DNA of 64,000 bases from Diplonema japonicum (GCA_964019335.1 OZ025654.1:558001-622000); one strand, 5' to 3'; shown: positions 11,487-23,644, numbered from the stretch's first letter. A program made the numbers and translations. Notes: a model not told the origin generated them from the sequence alone.

Positions 11487-12314
11487 TCACGAACAAAGCA
11501 CCTTTGCAACCGTCCGGGCGATTACCTCGTATCCACGGGTGGTGGGGTGGATCCCATCCCTGAAGAACTCCTTATATTTCTCCTTCTCCGACTCCGAAGG
11601 CGACCCCTGCACAATCCCATCACCCCGACGGCATACCCTGACGGCAGGTCCATCAAAACGGTAGTCGAAAGGAGGACCTAGAACACCAAGAAAAGGCGAG
11701 TGTGTGTCTATATACCGTACCCCGTGTGAACGTGTGAAATTTGCAACAGATGGTTGGATACAGGACGAGATGACATAAGGCTGAATATCATCCTTTGTAG
11801 AGTAGGCAGGGATAGGAGATAGTACGTATACAGTAGTTCTGCTGAAGGCAGTCACAATGGACGCCAACCCGTTTTCAAACAAGTTACGATATGAAATCCA
11901 ATTCGTCCAGTATTTCACGCCTGTTTTCGCGTCGTTGGTGCCAAGCATGACCAAGGCAATTTCGGGCTGATATTTCACCGATTCCTTGAATTTCTGCGAC
12001 ATGCGGTAGGACTCTAAGGTGTCCCCCGCGGTTCTGCCCGACGCTCCAAAATTTCTCACCGTCACACCCTTCACTTTATACTCCATTGTCAGAATCTCTT
12101 GAAGTGCTTGTGGATAGTCCACCGCATGCTTACCTACAGTCACGCTGTCGCCGATACAGGCAATTCTAGCGCCGTTCAATTTCTCGCACGTTCGAGGAGC
12201 GTTGTTTCGGTTGGTGCTGCCTTGGAGAATGTTGGGCGTCACAATTGCAAGGCAAACCCCTACGATCGCCATAGCTGCTAGGAACCTCCGGCGTAACCCT
12301 GTGATCTTCACCAT
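11487..12314 (-). CDS. SGNH/GDSL hydrolase with N-terminal signal anchor
   Basis: Blocks CIGDSVT, NFGASG, LGTND and DGIHP; hydrophobic N-terminal helix. Confidence 0.9.
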   Translation of the reverse strand: MVKITGLRRRFLAAMAIVGVCLAIVTPNILQGSTNRNNAPRTCEKLNGARIACIGDSVTVGKHAVDYPQALQEILTMEYKVKGVTVRNFGASGRTAGDTLESYRMSQKFKESVKYQPEIALVMLGTNDAKTGVKYWTNWISYRNLFENGLASIVTAFSRTTVYVLSPIPAYSTKDDIQPYVISSCIQPSVANFTRSHGVRYIDTHSPFLGVLGPPFDYRFDGPAVRVCRRGDGIVQGSPSESEKEKYKEFFRDGIHPTTRGYEVIARTVAKVLCS

Positions 12315-12664
12315 TTTATCATCAATGAGTTTTTTTTTTTTTTTTTTTTTTTTTTTCCTGGTTTCTTTTTTTCTTTTTTTTTTTTAGTACTTTTTATATT
12401 TTATAAAAAGAAAAAGAAGATTATTGTAATCTATTCAGGTGGGGGGGGAGGGGGGAGTCGTTCGTTGTCTTTTTCCCTCCGTCCCCCTAGGGAACGTGAG
12501 GGCATTGTGTATATAAAAGACACTTTTCTTTTTTTCTTTTTTGTTTTGTTTTTTTCTCTTTTTTCTTTTCCTCGTAAAATCGTCCCTCATTTTACACTAA
12601 CAGGCGGGTCGTGTGTTACCTACCTCGTTCCTTCTTGTTTCCTCTTTTGTTTTTTTTGTCGTGA

Positions 12665-13509
12665 TCAGTTGCCGCCAGCTTTTTCTTGTGCCTTTTTAAG
12701 AACCATTTTCTTAAGGCGATCAACAGCATCGGTACTCTCAGACATGTGGTTTTCAACTAGGAAAAGGACTTCTGTCGAACTGTTCTGAAGGATTATACCT
12801 TTGGTGGATATTAAAAGTTCGTCTGGAAAAAATGTCAACGCAAAAAAAAAGGGCATAGGAAGATGACATATATTTCGGCTGAAATACAGCACCTAGGGTG
12901 CATAAATGTGGTGCACATACCACTTGTGACCCCTGGGTACAACCCAGGGTCAGACTACTGTTAAAAGTATAACTTAGAGAAAAATATATGGCGTTGCATA
13001 GCCCCCGGAAAACCGTTTTTAAGCCCTATTTTTTGCTTTTCCGAAGGGTTCCTAAGGGACTTTGGCCTAACATGGCCCATTTTCTTTTTGGAAAATCTGA
13101 TTCTTAACACTTGCCTGCTCAACATTGGTATCTTTGGGGCCGAATATGCATTCTCTATCCATCTGCTGTCATTTGTCATTTTTCTTTTTCCTCATTACAA
13201 ATTAAAAATTGAGAAGTTTGCTTTTAAAGGGCCCTTAAGGGATTTTCCTAAACTAGCAGTATTTTCCCCACCTCATTTTAAGTTTCACAGATTTTCTATC
13301 TGCGTCCATTTCTTCTTGCTTCGAAAAAGTGTGGAGCCTGGGTCATTTGCACGCTCATTTTAGAAATGAAACAAACGGCGCGCATTGTGACCTATATGGT
13401 GCACACACTTGGATCGCAATTCTGAACAAAGTGGTGTCGGACTACTTTTGTACTTGCAAAAGAGGGTCATTTGTTGACATTTCTTCCCAGACAGACTCAT
13501 ATTTATGTG

Positions 13510-13540
<31 letters not shown>

Positions 13541-14075
13541 TTCCTTTTCCTCTATTAAAACATACCATCATCTATCAGTTCATCAACAATCAGCACCAGC
13601 AGGTCAAAGTTCTCAAGGAGATCCCTCTTGTCAATGGAGTTTCTCTGGAGGGGGTGGGGTCAAAAGAAATTGTCTCTTTCATACCCCAAGCAACTGACGC
13701 AGGGTATCATCTAAGCAAACCAAAACTGAGCTGATCATAATCTCGTTCTCGCTAAGGCTGCCAATGACATACATGTACACCTCAGGGTCCAGTCGGAAGA
13801 CGACAGTGTGAGAGTCTACAAGCGTGATGTCACCTCCTTCCTTGGGGCTGCCAATAGCTGTGGGTAGTGTGACAGTGTCGGTTTCTTTCTTTTTCTTTTT
13901 CCATCCTCCTTCCCATACCACCCCCACTATGGGTCTTCCCGTGCAACTTCGCCTCGAACGCCAGCTGCTTCTCAAGGTTCCCCTCAAACGGCTCTTTGTA
14001 GTACTTCGCAAACAAGCGCTTACCGTTTTCCCCCTCTAGAAGGACGATGCCTTGTATGTGGTGCATGATGTCCAT
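12665..14075 (-). CDS. Coatomer subunit zeta, paralog 2 (4 exons, 180 aa)
   Basis: Longin-type zeta-COP sequence (GKRLFAKYY, SENEIM, LLENFDLLVLIVDELIDDGIILQ). GT-AG introns at 13858-13918, 13645-13684 and 12799-13565 restore one frame. Confidence 0.88.
12816..13497. mobile_element. MITE-like insertion in intron 3 of zeta-COP paralog 2
   Basis: Imperfect terminal inverted repeat GTCTGGAAAAAATGTCAAC (12821) / GTTGACATTTCTTCCCAGAC (13473-13492). The equivalent intron in the paralog is only 38 nt. Confidence 0.65.
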
Positions 14076-14383
14076 CTTTATTCTTTTTATATATATTTTT
14101 GTGTCTCGTTCGTACTTCACACCAACCTTCCCTTCCCCCGAGATAATAATATTTTGAGAAGAAAACTTGCGGAAAATTTCAAAAAAAAGAAAAAAAAAAG
14201 GGTGGGGAAAAAAAAAAAAAAAACACTTCTCAAAAAGTTTTAGAAAAAAAAAAAGAAAAAGAAGGGAAAAAAACTCAAACTCAAAGGACAAGCCCCCCGC
14301 CAGAGGGCCGCCCTATGGGGAAGAAAAAAAAAAAAAAAAGAAAACACTCGAGGAAAGTGGAGGGGGGGAGGAGGGCAGCTTCT

Positions 14384-15042
14384 TTACGCTGCTTGCTGTG
14401 CTTTTTTTATCACTTTCTTCAGCTTGTCAACCGCATCGTTGCCTTCAGCCGCGTGGCTCCTCACAAGTTGGAAGACTTCCTCACTGCTGTTCTGGAGGAT
14501 AATACCTGGGGGGGTTTTTTTTTTCTTTTTTTCTCACACACACCATCATCAATCATCTCATCAACAACAAGCACCAGCAGATCAAAGTTCTCAAGGAGAT
14601 CCCTCTTGTCAAAGCTGCGACCCTGTAATAAGAAAAAAAAAAAAACTTTCTTTTTAAAAACCTCATTTTCACACCTGCAGCTCCCACAACGAATCATACA
14701 AGCAAACCAAAATCGAGCTGATCATAATCTCGTTCTCGCTAAGGCTGCCAATGACATACATGTACACCTCAGGGTCCAGTCGGAAGACGACAGTGTGAGA
14801 GTCTACAAGCGTGATGTCACCACCGTCTTTAGGAGCCCCGATTGCTGTAGTGAGTGTTCCCCCCTTTTTTTTTTAAACCCCATACCACCCCCATTATGGG
14901 TCTTCCCATACAGCTTAGTCTCGAACGCCAGCTGCTTCTCAAGGTTCCCCTCGAAAGGCTCCTTGTAGTACTTTGCAAACAAACGCTTACCGTTTTCTCC
15001 GTCTAGCAGGACGACACCTTGTATGTGGTGCATGATGTCCAT
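14384..15042 (-). CDS. Coatomer subunit zeta, paralog 1 (4 exons, 175 aa)
   Basis: Same motifs as paralog 2. Introns at 14845-14885 (41 nt), 14623-14674 (52 nt) and 14506-14543 (38 nt). Confidence 0.9.
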
Positions 15043-15145
15043 ATTCTTTATTTTTTCTTTTTTTTTTTTTTTCCTTCCCCCTTTTTTATATTAATTGTCG
15101 TCCGTCAAGTTGGGGGGGGGGGGGGAAGAAAAACAGAGCGATCGG

Positions 15146-16924
15146 TTATTTTATTTTGGCCATGTGGTTTTGGACTCTAACGAGCTCCTCAGCTGAGGCG
15201 GTATCTAAGTATATTTTCCCCGACCCGGGTTTGTTCTTCTCAGCACAGTGCACTGCAGAAAACAAATTTCGAGCGGACACCACATCCTCTGGTTCTTGTT
15301 GTCCCTCTTTGTGCGTTTCGATCGCCCTGACAAAGTACCTCAGCGCCGTGTCGTGCTTATTTCTCCGTTCATAAATCCGCCCTATGTGGTAGAGCCCCTC
15401 TGCGGCATTTATTGTGCAGCGCAGCGATAGGTACATTTCTACAGCCTTCTCGAGGCTGTGCAATGCGGCGTCGTGTTTCCTTAAGGACTTGTACGCCTTC
15501 CCCATATCCATGAAGCACCCGGCAGTCTCTGGGTTCACCGCGTACTTGTGCAGCTTCTCCCCAGCCTTCTGGCACGCCTTCATCCAATCAACGGTGCCCC
15601 TTGTGTCTTTCTTCAGTTTGCTGATTTTACCAGCGTACAGTAAGTATCGGTATAAGGTACCTGCGCTGAAACCGCACGATTCTCCCATTGAAACTACCTC
15701 TTTTATGCGTTGTTCAGCACGGGTATAGTCCTTTTCATGTGTGTGCGCACGGGCTAGCTGGAATAGAATCTCCGCGTGTTTTCTTTGTGTCGTCACCACG
15801 TTCAAGGCTTTCTCGAGTACATGAACTGCAGCGTTCGGGTCGTGCTTCATATCGTTGTAAAGCACGCCGAGGGACAAGCAACACTCGACACTTTGTGATA
15901 CGGACGAGAATGGGGTTTCAAAGGCCTGTTTAAGGCAGCGTATGGCAGACGCCGGGTCGCGTTTCTTTTTATACGCCCTGCTCATGTTGATCAGGGCGGA
16001 CACATAATAAGTGTTCCCTCTGTCAAGACGGAGCCGTTGCGACATTTCAACTGCTTTGTTCAGGTGTTCGACAGCGTCATCATAACGCTGGAGTCGCAAG
16101 GAAGCTATCCCCGCGTTGAAAAGAGCATGCACGAGGTCCTCGTTGTCATCGACAGACAGGACGCTGATGGCTGTCTTGGTACGCGACAATGCGATGCTTG
16201 CATGGTAGTTGGTTCGCCTGCTCAGGCAGTGGCAGGCCACATCGTGAAGTGCTGTGATGTACTGCTGTCTTTCTTCCTCCACCGCTCTCTCCACCACAGC
16301 TCGGTAGGTCTCTGCAATGCCTTGCGAGAGGTGCGAGGCTGCAACCTGAACCGGCTCTTCGTCATCGACAGCAGGCATCGCACTTCCGCCAGGATGCAGA
16401 CGTCCCCACATTCCTGCTGCCCTGCTAAAATACCCATTCGCCGCGCTGTTGTTATGCTGTCTTTTCAAAACGAGGCCAACATAGTGGAGGATAATAGTGG
16501 TGTCGCTGTGGTCGCCAGGAGCGGCTGCTGCCATCACGGATTCTGCTGATGTAAAATGTAGCAGCGCGTTGTGTAAAGAGCCCTCTCGCAAGGAGGCTAT
16601 GCCTGCTCTTTTAAGTATTTCTGTGTAATCGCGAAGTGTCCGTTCCTCACGTTGTAGTAAATGCTGCACCGCAGTGTCATGTTGTGTCCTTAGCACCACT
16701 GCAACACGACTCTGATCCTCGACAGGTAAGTCCGTGACATAGGTGTCCTCGTCATTAAGCTCTTCGTTGTTGAGGTGCAATGCAAAGTCTTCGATGTTCA
16801 GATGTGTAGCCAGCGCGACTTTTTTTTTCAGGTTCGCTATTTTTTCGGTCCCTTCAGCGTCAATGCAGAGCGTCCCAGAAGGGTGTGTTATTATTAAGGA
16901 CACCGAGGCGGTCTTTCTCTTCAT
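15146..16924 (-). CDS. Ubiquitin-like domain + TPR repeat protein
   Basis: Likely start MKRKTASV at 16924; the upstream part of the tracked ORF is low-complexity spacer. Ubl-like N-terminus (EKIANLKKKVA..L.DE.T) followed by multiple TPR-like helical repeats. Confidence 0.8.
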   Translation of the reverse strand: MKRKTASVSLIITHPSGTLCIDAEGTEKIANLKKKVALATHLNIEDFALHLNNEELNDEDTYVTDLPVEDQSRVAVVLRTQHDTAVQHLLQREERTLRDYTEILKRAGIASLREGSLHNALLHFTSAESVMAAAAPGDHSDTTIILHYVGLVLKRQHNNSAANGYFSRAAGMWGRLHPGGSAMPAVDDEEPVQVAASHLSQGIAETYRAVVERAVEEERQQYITALHDVACHCLSRRTNYHASIALSRTKTAISVLSVDDNEDLVHALFNAGIASLRLQRYDDAVEHLNKAVEMSQRLRLDRGNTYYVSALINMSRAYKKKRDPASAIRCLKQAFETPFSSVSQSVECCLSLGVLYNDMKHDPNAAVHVLEKALNVVTTQRKHAEILFQLARAHTHEKDYTRAEQRIKEVVSMGESCGFSAGTLYRYLLYAGKISKLKKDTRGTVDWMKACQKAGEKLHKYAVNPETAGCFMDMGKAYKSLRKHDAALHSLEKAVEMYLSLRCTINAAEGLYHIGRIYERRNKHDTALRYFVRAIETHKEGQQEPEDVVSARNLFSAVHCAEKNKPGSGKIYLDTASAEELVRVQNHMAKIK

Positions 16925-17228
16925 TTTTTTTTTTTTTTTTTTCCTTGCCCCGCAGATTACCACACGAATGATGTGTAAAAAAAAATAAATAAAAATAGGA
17001 ATGAAAAAGCAGTTTTTTATTGCTTGTAGGGAGAAGAAAGGAAAAGAGCAAGGCTCCACTAATGGGAGCAAGGAGTGTCGTTTAAGGGAGAAGAAAAAAA
17101 AGATGTCTTTGAAGGGAACCTGCAGTATGTGACAGGATCGCCTTAAAAAAAAAAAGAAGAAGAAAATAGGAATTAAATGGAGCATGTGCTCAAAAAAAGA
17201 GAAAAGGGTGTAAAAGTAAAAAAGAGAC

Positions 17229-17302
17229 GAAGGAGGTTCCTGGTATTTTTTTCTCTCTCTTTTTTTTTTTTTTTTTGGAACGCCCCCTTTGTCTCTGCAT
17301 AT
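17229..17302 (-). mobile_element. Solo 3'-UTR remnant of non-LTR element (duplicate at about 24630-24715)
   Basis: Matches 35545-35590 (aaggaggttcctg..tggaacg.ccccc.ttgtctct), with a homopolymer expansion inside the hairpin loop. Confidence 0.6.
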
Positions 17303-18429
17303 CAAAAAAGAAATTACAAGGAGATCCCATTTTTCCATTATCCTGTCAGGATCGCATTCTATCAATGTCTGTAAATATTTATTGACAATGTAAAAATAAC
17401 GATTTTTTTCTAACCAGAATAGTGTTCCCTTAAAAAGAGAGGGTTTGTTTTTACTATACATGCCAGTTAGTCAGTTGTCTATATTCGTCCGCAGGTCGCG
17501 TGCACCAGAGAATACCAAAGATCTTTTTTGCAAAAATGTCCCAAAACAACAAAACAATTCTTCTACATAAAAACAACCCCTTCGTTTGATTGATTTACAC
17601 TTCAAGCAAGAAAGCAAGAATCGGACAAATATAAATAACTGACCACAAATGGTTAATTTTTCTTTTCCCCCCCCCCCCCTTGTCAAAATGGGTTTCTTTT
17701 CTTTTCTTTTCTTTTCGTTTGTTTAGTTTTAATATGTATAGGAAAAGAAATAGAAGAGAGGAGTTCTAGTTTGAACTGCATTGAAAAATAGCTTGCTGAA
17801 GAAAATAGAAAATTTAACAGCAAGGTTTTTTTCTAATAGAATATGTTGAGAATGGTTGTTCGTGCCAGGGGGGGGGGGGGGGGTAAAGGCATGAACTCGT
17901 AGAAAACAAAACAAAAAGGGGAGAATATCTCTAAGAGTAACTTCACAGAAGGTATACTCTCTTTTTTTATTACCCGAAAGAAGAAAAAGAAAAGAAAAAA
18001 AAAAAGAGGAGAGGGACGCTTTGCGGTATTGTACCAATTGTGTTTGAAATCCAACTCATAATCTGAGTTGCAGTTTTTGCTTTTTAGGACGCTTCCTATA
18101 CCTGTGCCCTTCTTTCTTCTTTTGTCTTCCTTCTTCTTTTTTTTTTTTACCCGTTCTTTTTGCATCTCTTGGTGTCTAAACCTCCGTGTGTGTAATGCTC
18201 TATTTTCTGGAGCGGAGGAGGAGAAAGTAGAAATGCAGTTGAAAAGAGATTTATTTGTGCAACTTTTTAGCATTTAATTAAAGAAGAAAAAAAGAAGAAG
18301 AAGGATAAAAAAGAGTCGGCTAATTGTTTGTGCAAAGCCGTTTTCATCTACAGTAGGGATAGACGGACAAGCTGCCTCTCTACTCTTTTTTGCAATAACA
18401 ATTCTTTTCAAAAACTTGTTTACTTGTTC

Positions 18430-18464
<35 letters not shown>

Positions 18465-18844
18465 TGTCGGCATTGCTTGGAACAAACCACTTCACTCTTT
18501 TTTCTTTTTTTTTGTTCAACACATGTCAAAAAGGTCATAAAAAGCAATCAAAATTACTATCGCACTATCACTAACACCTGTTATAGAGGGTCGAATTCCT
18601 GAATTGAAAAACTTCGCAAGAACTAAAGAATTTTCAGATAGCAGTTTTCCCGGTCCTCCTAATGGTGAGACGTGGTGCGTATTTCTTTTGACAAACACAA
18701 CTTTGTTTATTAATTTATTGTGGGGAATAAAATAAAATAAGAAATGTGGAATCTTTTACTTTTTTTCTCTCTCCTTGCGGTTTGGTTGGTTTTACAAAAT
18801 GACGTTCACCGCACTTGTTTTTTTTTTTTTTTTTTTTTTTTTCC

Positions 18845-19414
18845 CTAACAGGTAGGGTACCACGTCTCGACCATCTCTTCTCCGCAGCAAAGAAGCTGCT
18901 TTGGCTCACGGACAAGATATCTCTTCCAGAACCCAGAAGCTATGTGCTGCAGCAAAATCGCTTCCACCATCAGGTTGTCTGTCGTCGACATAAAGGCAAT
19001 CAGAACCACATTATCGATTTCTGAAAAGGAATACGGGCTACCATTAACATGGTACGTCTGTGCCTCACCCGCAGCGAGACCTGACAGAGAACCCCAGTAC
19101 CAGGTGGGATGTCCTTCCTTCACGAAGTGCACCGCAATGCTCCCCGTGGACCCTGCATCATAGCTCATACTATCCTTGACCCGAATCTTGAATTTGAACG
19201 AATGCATAGGTATTGTGGGGTCAAAAGTTTCAGTACGAGTCGCGATGGACAGTGAAGACGACACCGAAGATGACGGGAGGGAAATGGTCATGGAGTCTGT
19301 CCCCGTGGGCAATGTCGAGCTCATCGTGGAGGTCTCCGTGTTTGAAATCGACACTGTCGTCACGGCCTCCCCTTGCCCCACAAGGACGCACATTGCCAGG
19401 AGCATCGTCTTCAT
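18845..19414 (-). CDS. Secreted Thr/Ser-rich protein with PLAT/LH2-like domain
   Basis: Signal peptide, S/T linker, and FKIRVKDS..DAGSTGSIAVHF resembling the PLAT N-terminal strands; C-terminal CCG..C. Confidence 0.75.
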   Translation of the reverse strand: MKTMLLAMCVLVGQGEAVTTVSISNTETSTMSSTLPTGTDSMTISLPSSSVSSSLSIATRTETFDPTIPMHSFKFKIRVKDSMSYDAGSTGSIAVHFVKEGHPTWYWGSLSGLAAGEAQTYHVNGSPYSFSEIDNVVLIAFMSTTDNLMVEAILLQHIASGFWKRYLVREPKQLLCCGEEMVETWYPTC

Positions 19415-19473
19415 TGCTTTTCGCGTGTGTGTAAAAATGTGGGGGGAAAGAAAATCTGTGTGAAATTGTTATA

Positions 19474-21986
19474 CTGTAAAACGAATAATGTCGGACGGAA
19501 AAACTCCCGGACACCAAAAAACCCGGACATTTTTCCGTCCGGGAGTTTTTCTGGGGAAAAGTCTTTTTTGAAGGGGGGTAGCAGCTCCTGCTTTTTTTCC
19601 CATACCACCATGTTTGCCTGGAAGGGCTTTGCAGACTCGTATGCAGAGCCAAAATGTTTACCCTGCGTGGCAGTTTGAATTTTTTTCCCCTCCCTTTCAA
19701 TGCACCAACAAACAGCACCCACAGGATCTTAACTTTCTTCAATCTCATAAACCCGTACTTCTTTTGTCAAATGACCAGTTCGACTACCCAAGGCACGTTG
19801 AGCAACTGGCTTGTGAGGCACCCAACTTTGGTTGCTGACACTTCTGACCAGCTCACCCCCCGAGAGGTGGAGGAGATAAACTCCTTACACCGGGCCAAGA
19901 AGGCCAGAACAAACCCCCGAAAGCAGCTCCAGCTCCCGAAGGATACTAAAGCCCTTATTGGGCGATACGCTGCTACCCACGGCGTCGCGGCGGCCAGGTC
20001 GTGGTATCGCACGAAAGAGGGGTGGAACTAGCAACGTCCAGTATTTCCGACTGGAAAAAAAACTTTGGAGGCTCTGTTGGGCCTGTTGCTGCCCCCTTTA
20101 CCGTCGGTCGCAAACCTCTTCTGGCCGAGGCAGAGACTGCCAAGGTTTTTGCTTGGGTCGATAGGCAAAACGAACTTGGCGAGCCTATCTCAGCGCAACA
20201 AATATGCACCTATGCAGAAGGGCTGCTGCGCGCTAATCCAGCCCGAAAGACAGAGCTGGTAGACTTTGGTGGGGCACTGTCCTTTTCCACCAGCTGGGCT
20301 GACAAGCTTTGCAGCAGGAAAGGCTACAAAAGCCGCAGGCCCACCACCGGAAAACCTGGAAACGAGAAGGACAAAGAGAGGGCACGCTGTTTCGCCATGC
20401 AATTCAGGTCAATAATCGACACCCATAAAGTAAGGCCTGAATTGGTCTGGAATATGGACCAAACCTCCCTGCAGCTGTTGCCGTTGGGGTTAAAAACCAA
20501 AACGAAAAGGGGTGCAAAGGTCGTAAAAGTCCGTGGCTTGGGGGACAAACGGGCCATAACTGGACAGCTGGCTGTCTCCCTGGCTGGGGATAAGTTGCAT
20601 CCGCAACTTATTTACAAAGGCAGAACGGAACCTGCAGCCGACAGGGTTTATCCAGGGTCCGTGCCCCGGGTCAAGCACCCGCCCGCCGAATGGAGCCTAA
20701 CGGCATCGCCCAGTCATTGGGCTAATTATGATACACTCAGTATCTGGGTCAAAAAGCTGTTTCTTCCTTTTTGCAGTAAAACCATCGATTCTCATGGTTT
20801 TGCCCCGAACGAGTCGATTCTGCTGCTTGTCGATGACTACAACTGTCATTCGACCGATGAGTTTTTGGAGTTGTTCGAAGGCACAAACGTGCACATTGCT
20901 TTTGTCCCCCCTGGGCTCACCTACATGGTTCAACCGATGGGTATTGGGTTGAACGCAGCTGTAAAAGCATCTATTAAGAACAGTTATAAAAAGTGGGCTA
21001 CACGAAGGCTCGACAAGCTGATTGCCTCAGGGGCGGCGGCTGAATCATGGGAGGTGCCCTCTACTAGCTCGATTAAAGGGCCTCACTTGAGGTATGCCAC
21101 GAGGCTTTTTCTTTTCCTGTTTTTTTCCTAGGTGGGTCGAAACAGCCTGAGATGCTGTCTCCGGCCAGTCGATCAGGAACAGCTGGGCTTCCTGTTTTGG
21201 CCACTACCTGGAACCCGGATGGAGCCCAATTTGGTTTTCGGTACTTGCTGCATACGCCGGTGTTGCGTGTGTGCTGGCTGTTGGAAAAACATGGGAGGAA
21301 GAGTGGGAAGAGGACTGGGGCTGGGAGGAGGTCTGGGAAGAGGAGGAAGACGAGTGCTCCCTATATGCCAGGCTTGCCCAGGACATGGAGCATGGACGTG
21401 TGGAAGTCATCGACGTAGATGCATCTTCCGACACGACCACCGTGTCCGCCGCCTCGACGATAACCGAAGAAACCTTTTCCGTTTCTTCAGACTCGTCAGT
21501 GGAGATACTCCCCAGTCTCACCCAGCAACGGCTGGATGACGCTGCCGCCAGGAGGGCCGCCAAGAAGGCAACAGCTAAGCCTGCAATAAAGAAGGCATCA
21601 GCTAAGCCCACAGGCAAGAAGGCAGCAGCTAAGCCCGCAGGCAAGAAGGCAGCGGCCAAACCCGGAGGCAAGGTAGCACAGTAGATAGCTCTGCCCCCCC
21701 TTTTTTTTCTTTTCTTTTTGCCTTTTATCAATCAGTTTTATCTTGAGCTTTATGCCCACACGGTATCTTCTTCCAGGGATAATACGGACACGAAACACAT
21801 GACCCAGATACCCAGTGGTTTGGTGGCGGTTTCTTCGCGCGGTTGCCGTTTGCAGCCCAGGCCAGTATGTAGGTGGTAGTGGACCAGGCCCCCTGACGAC
21901 CTTACAGGAAAAACTCCCGGACGGAAAAACTCCCGGACACCAAAAAAACTCGGACATTTTCCGTCCGGGAGTTTTTCGTTTTACAG
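19474..21986 (+). mobile_element. pogo-like (Tc1/mariner superfamily) DNA transposon
   Basis: TIR CTGTAAAACGAA / TTCGTTTTACAG with TA target duplication. Empty site gaattgttaTAttattttttgta at about 26753-26775. Palindromic subterminal blocks. Confidence 0.92.
19771..21684 (+). pseudogene. pogo DDE_1 transposase pseudogene
   Basis: HTH region and WNMDQT / LLVDDY / QPMG motifs (third Asp replaced by Gly). Frameshift near 20015, 40-nt intron at 21092-21131, TGA at 21148-21150 in WVETA(W)DAV, Lys/Ala-rich tail. Confidence 0.85.
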
Positions 21987-22000
21987 TATTATTTTTTGTA

Positions 22001-22989
22001 CCGGATTTGTACTTATATTGTTATGTGAAAAGTCCCAAATTGGGCAAAAAATTCGAAAAAGGTACATAATATTTACAGAACACCATTAAAACAGAACATA
22101 AAATTTACAAAAATAAAAAAAATCCCAGAAAATATCCCTAAAAATAAAAAGTCCCAAGACAAAAACAGAATACCCCCCAGCCGGGGAGGGGGGGGTATTA
22201 CCACACTTCTAGTTCACTATTGCCCAGTCCTGCACGTAAAGCACACCAAGCTCAACGGAGCGCCGGCCTGCATCTGCTCCTTCACTGCTTCCCGGAGCAG
22301 CCTGTCTGTCTCACTTCTGAGGGTGGGCGGGCGACCGGCCATTTTTTTCGGTGCAGGCTCTTCCTCCCCACCCCCATCATGGGCAATCTCGCGGGATCGG
22401 TTGCGTAGCTTAGCTATGACGTCCTCTTTCGCCTGGTCAGCAACCGGCTTCGAGGCAGTCTTGTTGGGGTGCTTCTCGTTCCATTTCCGCGTTCTGGTTG
22501 AAAGGCCAAATTGCCGAACCAGCTCACTCCTCCTTCTCTGCCTCGGTCCACTTCTTGTTCTTCCGGGCAGGCTGGGGTTGCTCTCCTCCAAGCGGGACAT
22601 CACTTCCTCCACTGCCCGCCTGGCGGCTGGGGGGAGAGAAGAGCCTGTTGAAGCCCCTGCAACGGGCGCGTACCGGTCACGGGGCAGTCAAGAAGCCATG
22701 GAGCGACATGCTTTATTCAGAGGATAGGGTTGGATTTTTTAAATGATTATTTATGTTGGAACTGCTTTAAGGTGGTAAATAAGTAGGAAAACGTGACTTT
22801 GATTTTAGTGGGGCCTATCCTGGGGGGGGGGGGGGGGGGGGATCAGGCCAAAAATAATAAAAATAGTTTTTGTATTGTTCTGTAAAAAGTCCCAAGTTGG
22901 GTCCAAAATCCGAAAAAGGTACATAATTTATACAGTACACTAAATTCTCAGACCATTATTAAAACTGAACAATATAAATACAAATCCGG
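22001..22989 (-). mobile_element. Second TA-target transposon, non-autonomous deletion derivative
   Basis: 22-bp TIR CCGGATTTGTA(C/T)TTATATTGTT with TA duplication; absent from the duplicate. Remnant HTH-like ORF at 22217-22612 (GRPPTL..D..L). Confidence 0.88.
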
Positions 22990-23014
22990 TATGATGATAA
23001 TGTCATAAATAAAA

Positions 23015-23016
<2 letters not shown>

Positions 23017-23046
<30 letters not shown>
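23017..23046. repeat. (AG)n microsatellite
   Basis: Read directly from the sequence. Confidence 0.95.
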
Positions 23047-23049
<3 letters not shown>

Positions 23050-23644
23050 TGGATGAGAACAAAAAGATATAGTGTAAGTGGTAGGTCCACCTTTTTTAAG
23101 AGAAAAAAAAAAGGTTTCTTTTTTTTTTTTTTAAGCAAGATAATTTTTTAATTAATTTGCCAGGAGAAAAACAAGAAGAAAAAGGTGATGTACAGCCCTT
23201 GTTGCCCGATCCTTCAGGCCATCTCGTAATAAAAAGAACAGATACGCTTATCGATTGATGCACAAGTCAGGGACCCACGCAAATCTTCTCGGCACCGTTT
23301 CAATTTCAGCAGAACTCCTGAAGAAAAAACGAAAAGTAAATTAAGAAAATAAAAAAGGGGAGGAAGAGGTGTAAAAAAAGAAAAACAGGGGGGGGGGGTA
23401 ATCAAGATGTTAACGTACGTTTGTTCGCAAAAAGAAAGAAAGGTATAAAGAAGACTTCTGCTTTTTTTTTTCCCCCTCTTCTTTGTTCTCTTTTTCTTTT
23501 CCTTTTGCTAGCAGGCAAAAAAAAAAAAAGCGTTTCATTTCATGGGGTATTAAAAAAAAGGGGGGAGATGAAAAATAGGAGGAGTTAGAGCCATAGAGAA
23601 CGAGAGCAAAATATAAAAAAGATCTAGTTTACAGTCATTTTCTT

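Noticed and set aside
12928-12960. Helitron 3' hairpin
   Set aside because: No CTRR terminus at the expected distance, and it lies inside a TIR-bounded insert.
16925-17461. N-terminal extension of the TPR ORF, and similar F/K-rich extensions at 43141-43374 and 50410-50595
   Set aside because: Translation of homopolymeric spacer; better ATGs lie downstream.
21148-21150. TGA at a conserved Trp as evidence for stop-codon reassignment
   Set aside because: The same gene has a frameshift and a lost catalytic Asp, and host genes use TGA as stop (12665, 11487, 7948).
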